Below are positions 26,002 through 35,807 of a stretch of DNA of 64,000 bases, piece after piece. The stretch covers positions 7,055,078-7,119,077 of the forward strand of contig MU054001.1 in the NCBI GenBank assembly GCA_013239625.1, in the 5' to 3' direction. Under the pieces are notes generated by a model that saw only the letters and a program-made list of their open reading frames with translations, searched no databases and was not told where the DNA came from. The DNA comes from Lama guanicoe (Eukaryota). Within the stretch, counting starts at the first letter, position 1, and each line of letters begins with the position of its first letter. The translations under genes were made by a program, and so were the position numbers.

Positions 26002-26121
26002 CTGTTTCATTTTTGGAGGGGGGAGGTAATTTTGTTTATGTGTTTTAGATACTGGGGATTGAACCTAGGGCCTCATGCATGCTAAGCATGTGCTCTACCA
26101 CTTGAACTGTACATCCCCCCA
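25942..26121 (-). mobile_element. tRNA-derived camelid SINE (Vic-1 type) with (TTTA)n tail
   Basis: Minus strand gttcaagtggtagagcacatgcttagcatgcatgaggccctaggttcaatccccagta (A and B boxes); flanking direct repeat CCAAGGGAT(T/A)TTTAAAAAAAAA. Confidence 0.85.
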
Positions 26122-29100
26122 CCAAGGGATATTTAAAAAAAAATTCTCCAAGAATGTTTCTGAGTTCAAGGTTGGCTGTTTGCTTGCTCACTTGGCAATC
26201 ATTAATGAGTTGCTTAAACACTGCGCTGAACTTCTGAACATGCTCCAAACCCAGCCCCTAACTGTTTGCTCTACATTTGCTCTCCCCGTTGTCTCTGCAT
26301 GGATTTGAGAAGATGGGAAGGAGAAGACAGTCTGGACTCTGTGTCATCATCTGCTGAGAATGCTTTCTTGAATGAGTGGTCACGCATGAGCTCCCATGAG
26401 GTACCTTCCCTTCCCCCAGAGTCAGCATGCTTGTCTCCAGATGAGTGGTTAGGATCACCTGTAAAGCACCCTGATTGTGTTCAGGGGAACTATCCCTCCC
26501 TCTCTAACTGGATGCTGTCTTGGGGGAGTTATGTTAATTGTTGGTTTCCTGTTCTCTTCTGGCCAAGAGGTGGACTGGTGATACAAGCTTAGGCTAGCAA
26601 ACGTAACCTGGATGGTTTTTTTTTTTCAGTCTTTCAAACATTGTTATTAATCACGTTAAAGAAAAGCTATAGATACATTCCAAGTTATGTCAAGGATGTT
26701 AATTTGGATTAAATTGTGGGTGGTGGCCATAATTCAAAGTGTCTGGACTTTTAGGACCAAATGTGGTCTGAGAGTGACAAGGACATCAGAAACAAAAAAT
26801 TTAATTGCAACAAAAGAAATGAAGATGCAAAGTAATGAGTGTAAAAAGGCACATGGGCAGAAAAAATTCCCAGCACTTCCACTGTGGTGGGCTCAGCGCT
26901 GTGAAACACAGCCCATCGCTGGCCTGTGAAAATGTCCCCAGAGTCAGACCAGGAGGGCGCCATTGCTTCTCGACTTGCTTCTGAGGTAGGGGAGCTTGAG
27001 TTATTTCTAGTCCTGGCAAACCGTCTAGGCTCAACACCTTAACTTTCTTCTGTAAAATGGGAATATCGTCAACCCCTTTCCCAGGATCTAGGGAAGCTCT
27101 TCCTAGAAATTTATCTGTGGATTGCTACAGATTCGTAGCCAAACTCCCAAGAACTTGATTCCTGAACAGACAGACAGAAGAATGAAAATGGCAAGAATTT
27201 GCTCATTCCAAGGGCGGTGCTTAACCCAGGTTCCTGCTCCTGGATCCCCAGGGCTACTCTGGCTCTGTCCTCTCAGGCTGCTCCACCTTAGTCCACAAAC
27301 AGCAGTCTCCTGGACGGAGCTGTGGTAGGAGGTTCAAAGACTCAGAATCTATTTCTGCCGCGTGCAGTCAGTCCCGGGCTCCTGTCCTCTCTATATCCTC
27401 TTTCTTGCTGCTTATATCTATGCGAACTTTCAGATATAACCTTTACACAGAAAACTCTGAGCTGTGCCTCCAGCTCTGACTTTTCTCCTAGCAAACAGAA
27501 AGAAGAGCTCTGCAGGGATGTGATGTTATTAGCAAGAAAACCAAATTCCCCCTGTCCTGAGAGCCTACCCTGTTATTCTAGCCTTCCACTTCCTGGTTCC
27601 CTCTGTCCTAATCCCACCCACTCTGTCCTGACCTGTCTCGTGTAGGCTTCCCATCCAGGCCCACTGCTGTTGCCTTGGGTCAGGTCCCCTCCCTTATCTC
27701 TTGCCTGATGCGTCTTCCCTTAACTGGTCCCCACATTGCTAGGCAAATTGATACAAATTCTAAAGCCTTCAGGAGCTGGGCAAGTTATGCATGTGTGTCC
27801 AGAAATAGGGCTTGGTGGGAACGGGGCTGACTGGCTGAGTCAGGCAAGGTTTTGTGGGCTGTTTCCTGTTTTCAAACTGCCATCTCCAATCCTCTGCTAC
27901 AGGGATGTCCATGTTCTCTCATCACGCCTCGCGTCCTGCTCTAGTCTTTAGGTACCATATAAGGAGCGTGTTCTCCGGGATGAAGCGTCCCAGCGCCTCC
28001 TGTGGTAGACCCGTGCAGTTGGCGTGCTGGGGACTTGGTGGCATCTAGTAATGGGAGTGCTTTGGAAAATGTCAGTTTGGGTCAGTTTACCGATCTCCCA
28101 ATGTGAATGTGCGCCCCACGCTCCTGCCCTGATGCTGGACTTCTGGACCCAGCTGGAAATGGACCTTCTCTAAGAAGGCATCTCTCTGTCCTGTTAAATT
28201 AACCTCTCTGAGCCTCATTTTCTTCTCTGTAAAAAAGGCGTAAAGCTTCTCTCTTAAGAGTTTTCGTGAGCATTAAAAGGAAGATGGCATGAGCACAAGG
28301 ACTTTCTTCCCATCAAACACTGTACGAGTGTAAGGCTGTTATTGAAAGTAATGGTTAGGTGGCTGTGAAGTCCAGTCTCCGACCCAGGCATGCAAAGAGA
28401 CTTCTGCACTGACAGTTGATGCTTGAATACCTCTCATGGTGTGGAGCTCACCATCTGGGCAATGCATTTATTTCATTGTTGGATACCTCAAGTTACAAAG
28501 TAGAAATGGCCTCTTTGTGACAGATGTTGGGGGTCTATTTCCCCTTGCTCCACTGTCTTTTCTGTGTGCTGTGTGTAACCATCATATCAGATTCCTTCAG
28601 CTTAAAGGGAGATTTGTGTTTGCTCCTTAGTGCCTGGGAAGCCCCTCCTGGATGGAGAAGGAGTCTGGAGATGCTCTCTGTGTGTTTGACATGGGAAGCT
28701 TGGGGGTGGAGAAGAATGCAGGGGAAGGGAGGGGCCGCAGGCTGAAGGGCGGATGTTTAGGGGAGGGATGCTCCGGGTTCTGTGGGGTGACAGCCAGTAT
28801 CTGCAGTGGCTGTGAGGCCAGCACATCATTCCTCTCTGCCAAGCTCTTGGGCCACTGAGAGGAAGCCATTCATTTCCTGCCCCAGCCAGCCTGGGTTCAA
28901 ATCTGCACTGGCTGCCCCGCCTCGGCTGGAATCTAGGGTGATGTGGGCCAAGGGAATCCAGATTGTGATAATCTACTAATGTTTTCCTAAGTGCCCTTTC
29001 TAGGAAGAGGGCCTGTAATCCTATTATCCAGTTGACTAGAGGGGAAAATTGATATCAAGGGTGTAATTAATGTGCCTTCCAAAGACAGAAGTGATCTGGA

Positions 29101-30731
29101 GAGAAGACAACTGCTTAGTCTCAAGAGAGGCCTCTGCTCCAGAATTGTATTAGGAAACTCATGAGATAAAGATGAAAAGCAAATTCAAGCCCAAAGGGTC
29201 CTTGCATAACGATTTGTCCCTCTGTTCAGGTGACTTTCCAGGAGCAGAAAGAATTGAGGTCAGCATCAAACTCAAGGTAAGATGCTCAAAGACTGCAAGC
29301 TGGTGGCCCACAGATGTGCTTGGTTTGGCCTGCTTAGTGTTTTAAAAAAATCTAACTACAGACCAAAAGAAAAAATATCATAGGAATTTACATAAAAATC
29401 AGAATTTCCATTTCCATCTAAAAACCTGGAAGGCAAGGCATCTGGGCCTCAAGTCTGGCACACTGGAAGGTGAGAGGCAGGGGTCCCTCTGCCTGGCACG
29501 GGCTCCCACACACCCCACCGTCTCTGGGATGAGGGAGGTGGTCGGTGTGAGACATGCACCTGTAGGAACTGGAGTTGAGGATCTGCATTTCACAGCCTCC
29601 CTGCTGACCTGAGTCCTGCCAGGCAGACTTTAAGTGTGGCCCATCAGGACTAAACTCTGGTAGAAATTCCTTGTTTAATTATTACCAAAGTAGGAGGCAT
29701 GGTGAACAGAAGTGTCACAAATTAAAACAACACACAAGATGCTCAGTCATGTCAAATGAACAACAGCTCTTGGGTTTACTCTTTTGTTCCCCAGGGAAGA
29801 CTCAAAGAAAATGATTTTTGTTGTTATTGTTTTTAAGAGCCCTTAAGAGAATCACAGCTTTCTAGTAGTCTGGGAATAGCAAGCTGGTGGATTTTTCTTC
29901 CATTAACTTGTCATCATTGACAGACTGGGTAGTTTCTTCCCCTAATGACACACACTCAGAGGCTTTAGCCAGTTAATGTCAAAAACAGGAGTTACTGGGT
30001 AGATATTGGAAAGCCTTGTTTATTGTACTCAAACGCAGACAGATCCTCGACAAATGGGTCAGCGGTGGCTCACCAACACTGTGGTTGAGGTCCGACGTTA
30101 CTAATATTTGAATTTCCTAAGTTGGTTTGGTATCTTCAGGTAAATCTTTTATGTCAAAGAGCTAAGAGGATTTAGACCTTTAGAACAACTAAAGTGGTTC
30201 AATGAAAGCACCTAACATGTCCAGTTAGCTGTCTTCAGAATTGGATTATAAGGAACACAGTGAAAAAGCTTTTAAAACGTTAGTAGTTTCATTGTACAGG
30301 ACTTTCTCTTAAAAACTTGAAAATTAATAAATATTCATAGATATTCATCCATCCAAGACTTAATGAGCACCTACTATGTGCCAGGCACTACTCTGGAAAC
30401 TGCACATGTGTGAACAAAGCTGGGACAGAAAGCAGGTCAACTGTGCCCACTGTTGACAGGACAGTAGTGTCATCTTGACTGGTTAACAAGGAGCCTAATG
30501 TGTCTGTAAGTTAACAGAGTTTCTGCGTGGATCTACATCATCGTTTTGTTGGTTGCTTCGTATTCCAGTTGATGAGTGAATCCTAGTTTATTTAGCTATT
30601 CTTTGATGGACCTGTGGGCTGTTCACAACTTTTCACTATTATATAAAATATAATATAAAATATAACAATGACATGCTAAAGTGACATCTGTGCCCATGCA
30701 TCACTGTGTACTTACCTGATTATTTCCTTAA

Positions 30732-30948
30732 GACAAGATTTCTCTACCTTGGTACTACCGACAATTTGGCCTGGATAATCCTCCTTGTGGAGGCTGTCCT
30801 GTGCACGATTGGATGTTTGGCAGTATCCCTGGCCTCCTCCCACGAGATGCTGGTAGCATCTTCCCAGTGTGACAACCAAAAATATCTCCAGACATCGCCA
30901 AATATTCCCTGGGGGAAAACTGCCTTTGGTGGAGAACCAACCACTGCC
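30732..30948. mobile_element. MER20 hAT MITE
   Basis: MER20-like motifs (ggctgtcctgtgcacg..ggatgtttggcagtatccctggcctc...gtgacaaccaaaaatatctccagacatcgccaaat). Confidence 0.8.
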
Positions 30949-31087
30949 TTAGAATAAATTCCAATAACTAGAAATTCTAGATCAAGAGGATGCACAGCTG
31001 TAAGGTCCTGCTGACATGTCCCAAGTGAAAGGCTATGGGACATAATACCTTGTGTGTAGGTATCCTCCTACACTGGTGGGAGTGTAA

Positions 31088-31540
31088 TTTTTTTAAGTTG
31101 AGGTGAAAATCAAGTAACGTACAATTATCATTTTAAGGTATACAATTCAGTGACATTTAGGGTATTTACAACACTATGAAAACACCTGTTTTCTCTAGTT
31201 TCAAACTCTTTCATTAGCCCCAGAAAAACATTCTGTTCCCATTGAGTAATCACTCCCTATTTCCTCCCTCTCCCATCTGCTTTCCATCTCTGTTACCTGT
31301 TCTGAATATAGCATATCAATGGAATCATGTAATATGTGACCTTTTGTGTCCACATTTTTTCTGTTAGCATAATGTTTTTGAGGTTATTCAGAGTTGTAGC
31401 GTGTTTCAGTACAATTTTTTCTTTTTATGGCTGAATAGTATTACATCGTATTTATATATCACAATTTGCGTGTCCATTCATCTGTTAATAAACATTTGCT
31501 TTGTTTCCATTTTTTTTGGCTATTATGAATCATGTTCCTA
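31088..31540 (-). mobile_element. Old L1M 3' end
   Basis: Antisense L1 3' UTR motifs (tacaattcagtgacatttag, tttttatggctgaatagta). Confidence 0.7.
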
Positions 31541-32279
31541 TAAGGAGTATATGTTTTTTAAATGTTCACCTATCAGACTGACAAAGATTAAAAACAACAT
31601 TGACATATTTAAAATTTCTTTGATGTTATAAGATTATTTGTACAGTAGCCAATAAATATGTTCAAGGATCATCAGATTCCTTGATGTGGACAGTAGCAGC
31701 CATTTTGATGATTGTCATTAATCAGTGAATCTGGAAATATGCGCTGGGTACTTTTTGTCTGGTCCCATGTTACGTGCTGTGTTTAATGGGATCTTCAAAT
31801 GAAGCATAGAGTTGTTTACTAATTTACCCACCCATGGCCCCTGCCCCTAAGGAGTTTATTCTCTAGTATTGCATGGGGGACAAGAATTCTGAGTTTGATT
31901 TGTCATTAAACTATTGATTATGTGCCTCTTGGCTCTAAAATACCTCTCATGAGGCACATGTTCCTCCCTAGAATTAACACAAAGTTTATTTCCTGAAAGT
32001 TGTCACACAGAATAGCCTGTGGCCATCACATTTGCAGAATTCTGGGCAACCGTCTTTCTAATGTTTACCTTTTATGCATCAATGGACTTTGTAAGCTGCT
32101 TTAAAAATATATTTTACTTTTTAAAAAAGAATTTCAGTTTTACCTTTGTGGGGGAAAAAACCCCATTAGAGTTAAATGCTGTATTAAGGACTAGGGAAAT
32201 AGGATGAAAACCTTGTAGTGGTGAGTTCACTCTTTGCTATTTCCCTGTCATATGCTTCAGCATATGATAGTTATAATTT

Positions 32280-32725
32280 TTATTCAGATATAGTTGATGT
32301 CCAATATTATGTTAGCTTCAATGTACTATATAGTGATTTGACATTTACACACATTATGAAATGATTACCATGATGAGTCTAGGAGCCATGTGTCCCCATC
32401 CAAAGTTATCGTGATATTATTGACCATGTGCTGTATATTACATCCCTATGGATTATTTATTTTATAACTGTAAGTTTGTTCCTCTTAACTCCCTTTATTT
32501 TGCCCAATCCCCTACCACCCCTCCCTTCTGGAAACCATCAGTTTGTTCTCTGTATCTACGAGTCTGTTTTTGTTTTGTTAGTTTTGTTTTTTAGATTCCA
32601 CATATAAGTGAGATCGTACATATTTGTCTTTCTGTCTGACTTATTTCACTTACATAGGATATTCTAGATCCATCCATGGTATCGCAAATGGCAAGATTTT
32701 ATTTTTTATGGCCGAGTAACATTCC

Positions 32726-32758
<33 letters not shown>

Positions 32759-33226
32759 CACATCTTCTCTATCTATTCATCTGTTGACGGACACTTAGGA
32801 TGATTCCATATCTTGGCTGTTGTCAACAATGCTGCAATGAACATAAGGACACATACGTCTTTTCAAATTAGTGTTTTTGTTTTCTTTGGAAAAATACCCA
32901 GAAGTGAAATTGATAGATCATATGGTAGTTCTATTTTTAATATTTTGAGGAATCTCCATACTGTTTTCCACAGTGGCTGCACCAATTTACATTCCCACCA
33001 ACAGTGTACAGGGTTGCCTTTTCTCTACACCCTCTCCAACACTTGTTATTTGTTGTCTTTTTGATGATAGCCATTCTGACAGGTGTGAGGTGGTTTCTCA
33101 TTGTGGTTTTGATTTGCATTTCCCTGATGACTAGTGATGTTGAGCATCTTTTCATGTGCCTGTTGGCCATCTGTATATCTTATTTGGAAAAATGTCTATT
33201 CAGGTTTTCTGCTCCCTTTTTAATCA
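32280..33226 (-). mobile_element. 5'-truncated L1 containing a (TG)n microsatellite
   Basis: ORF2p remnant at 32937-33170; degenerate TSD GATA(GT/AC)TATAATTT at 32266 and 33227. Confidence 0.85.
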
Positions 33227-33278
33227 GATAACTATAATTTAAAGAGTCAGATACTGAAGTTAATACATTAACACTTCC

Positions 33279-33815
33279 TGTATTGGTTTGCTGTGGCTGC
33301 TACAGAATGGGTGGCTTAGACAACAGATATTTATTTTCTCACATTTCCAGAGGCTAGAAGTCCAAGATCAAAGTGTTGTCAGGCTTGATTTCTTCTGAGG
33401 TCCTTCTCCTTGGCTTGCAGATGGCTGTCTTCTCTCTGTGTTTTCATATGGCCTTCCCATTGTGCCCATCTGTGTCCTCATCTCCTCTGCTTGTAAGAAC
33501 ACCAGTCATATTGGATTAGGGCCCACCCATATGACCTCATTTTACCTTACTTACCTAAAGACCCTATCTCCAAATGCAATCACATTTTGAGTCACTGGGG
33601 GTTAGGACTTCAACATAAATTTTTAATTAAAAAAAAATTTTGCGTGGGGGGGGTAATTAGGTTTATTTATTTCATTTACTTATTTCTTAGTGGAGGTACC
33701 AGGGATTGAACCCAGGACCTTGGGCATGCTAAGCAGACACTCTACCACTGAGTTATACCCTCCCCCTAGGACCTCAACAGAAGAATTTGGGAGGGGATAC
33801 AATTCATCCCACAAC
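33279..33815. mobile_element. MaLR LTR (MLT1/MST type), interrupted by a SINE
   Basis: tgtattggtttgct..., gaggctagaagtccaagatcaa, attggattagggcccaccc motifs. Confidence 0.75.
33622..33766 (-). mobile_element. Vic-1-type SINE nested in the MaLR LTR
   Basis: tRNA-like head; TSD TAGGAC(T/C)TCAACA at 33603 and 33767. Confidence 0.85.
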
Positions 33816-34815
33816 CTTCTTAATATGGACATTTATTGAAAGCCAGGTAGAATTTATAAAATGTTGGTACTACAGAATGTTCCAAAAGTAATACATCTTT
33901 ACCACTTTCAAGTCCATTTTGTTAACTTTAACCTGTATACTTCAAAGTTGCTAAATTGGGCTTGCTTTATTAAATATATAACTTGTGGTTGCTGCATTAT
34001 GTTTAAGATATGAGAAAATAAATCCCTTGAGTAGGTTAATAACTGCTAGCTATCATATATATATATTTATAAATTGAAATACAATCCACATAGTATAAAA
34101 TTCACTCTTCTAAAGTATACGGTTCAGTGGTTTTTAGTATATTCTCAAAGTTGTGCAATCATCAGCACTATTTAATTCCAGAACAGGTTCATCATTTCCA
34201 AAAGAAAGCTGTACCCCTTAGCAGTCACTCTCTACCCCCTCCCCCAGCCCGGCAATGACTCATCTACTTTGTGTGTCAATGGGTTTGCCAGTTCTGGCCT
34301 TTGCATATAAATGGAATCATACAATATGTGGTCTTTTGCTTTCTTTCACTTAGCATAAAGTTTTCAAGGGTCCTCCATGTTGTAACATGTTTCAGTACTT
34401 CAGTGATTTTTTTTTTTAAATAAATGGTCTTTTTATTGTGCATTCATGAAAACAAAGTCAGGGAGGCCTTTGGTTAATCCCCCTCAATGAAGTGATAACA
34501 AACAGAAGGCATGTAATGACAACAACCATGTTCTCTCCAGGAAAAGGGTCTTCTCCACCTAGGCCCTAAGGGTCAGAGGCAAGCAGGGCCAGGAGGCTCC
34601 AGAGGAAGGCCTGCCCAGGCCCACCATGCTGCAGAGGGCCTGGGCCTGCTGCCTCCCTGGCAGGACAAGGCAGGGGAAGCAAACATTGCTCCTGTCCCTG
34701 GACCCCCAAGCTAGAACACAGAAAAGCCCCAATTCCCCTCCCGGAGCAAACACTGCTAAGGCAGTCACCCAGGACTTCCCAGAGCAGCTGGCCCCAAAGC
34801 CACGAAGCCAGACCC

Positions 34816-35598
34816 TCAGGGGTCTGCCCAGAAGGGGTTCCCATCCTCAGCCTGCGTAGAGTAGTAAACAAAGAACAAGAAGGCGGCGAAGACCAGGAAC
34901 AGGAGCACCTGACCCCAGAGCGGGACCTGGCGCTCCTGACCCACACCAGGCCCAGGAGCCTGCTTTTCTGGCCGCATGGCATGGAGAGTGAGCCACGAAG
35001 GTGGGGGAGATGAAGATGAGGACGCTGGAGAGGTAGAGGAGGAGGTGGGGTAGTAGGACTGGCCCAGGAAGCTTCTGGAGACGTTGGAAACGGGGCGGTA
35101 GTGTGCGATGCTCTGGCCGGCACTGTCCTGGCCATACGCGGGGCGCTCCCTATCCTTGCCCTCCTCTTCGGAAGAGAAAAGATCATCAGCGCGAACCTGG
35201 TGGTGGAAGGTGTCAGCATCTGAGAGTGAAGCGGCGGGCTGGCGGAAGCCCTTGGGTGTGCCCACAGACTCAGGCTGCCCGTAAGTCCTGCTGCTCAAGT
35301 GACTCTCCTCGTAGTAGTCGCCGTTGTAGCCCTTGCTCTGGTAAAGTAAGGCGTCCTCCCTCTGGGGCGGATTGTACATATCCGAGTCCACGGACGCCGC
35401 GTCTAAGTCCGAGGGCCGATAGCTGAAAGAGGATGCGGGCGAGTTCACGGGCGAGAGCCTCCGCCTCTGGGTGTCATACAGGAAGATTTTCTTCTCGTAG
35501 AGCTTGCGCGTGGAGCCCACGACGGGCCCGTGCGGGATGTTGTACTGGCGCAGCACGGCGGCCAGCTCGGCGTCCGACAGGCCCGCGTAGTCGTCCAT
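34816..35598 (-). CDS. EMD: Emerin-like protein, 260 aa, intact intronless ORF (candidate retrogene)
   Basis: N-terminal LEM domain [55 protein letters not shown]; Ser-rich region; TM helix [22 protein letters not shown]; luminal tail [11 protein letters not shown] in strong context (GACATGG); no stops or frameshifts. Confidence 0.93.
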   Translation of the reverse strand: MDDYAGLSDAELAAVLRQYNIPHGPVVGSTRKLYEKKIFLYDTQRRRLSPVNSPASSFSYRPSDLDAASVDSDMYNPPQREDALLYQSKGYNGDYYEESHLSSRTYGQPESVGTPKGFRQPAASLSDADTFHHQVRADDLFSSEEEGKDRERPAYGQDSAGQSIAHYRPVSNVSRSFLGQSYYPTSSSTSPASSSSSPPPSWLTLHAMRPEKQAPGPGVGQERQVPLWGQVLLFLVFAAFLFFVYYSTQAEDGNPFWADP

Positions 35599-35599
35599 G

Positions 35600-35807
35600 T
35601 CGGGCAGCGGGCAGCCGAGGCCCAGCGGGTGGCCGAGGCCTAGCGGGTGGCCCGGGCCTGGCGACACAAGCCGAGGTATGGCTGCCTCGGAACGCGGCGG
35701 GGTAGCGCGAGCGCCTCGGGAGCGGCTGCGCTCACGTCACTCCTGCGTCACGCTTGCGTCACAGCCGCCGGCTCTGCCGGCCGCGCATGCTGCGAGTGGC
35801 CGAGCCA
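35600..35807 (-). promoter_or_regulatory. CpG-rich 5' region with three CRE/ATF half-sites and an NRF1-like motif, inside the retrocopy
   Basis: CGTCA (TGACG on -) at 35735, 35746 and 35757; GCGCATGC at 35783-35790; very high CpG density. Confidence 0.7.

Larger units (their letters stand above)
34407..35807 (-). other. EMD: Processed (retroposed) copy of emerin mRNA: 5' leader, intronless CDS, 3' UTR, poly(A)
   Basis: T11 at 34407-34417; AATAAA (-) at 34432-34437; TSD AGTACTT(C/A)AGTGATTTT at 34394-34410 and 35808-35824; no introns, whereas the parental EMD has 6 exons. Confidence 0.95.

Noticed and set aside
20720..30720. Strong minus-strand splice-donor-like motifs (CAG/GTAAGT near 20730, 24830 and 30715)
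   Set aside because: I could not find matching acceptors or coding frames, and such motifs occur by chance at this scale.
34816..35598. That this is the canonical EMD gene
   Set aside because: It has no introns, has a poly(A) remnant and TSDs, sits inside an L1 fossil, and there is no FLNA/RPL10 neighbourhood in the window.
35599..35667. The 283-aa ORF call starting at 35667
   Set aside because: It starts at GTG in the 5' leader; emerin homology begins at the ATG at 35598.
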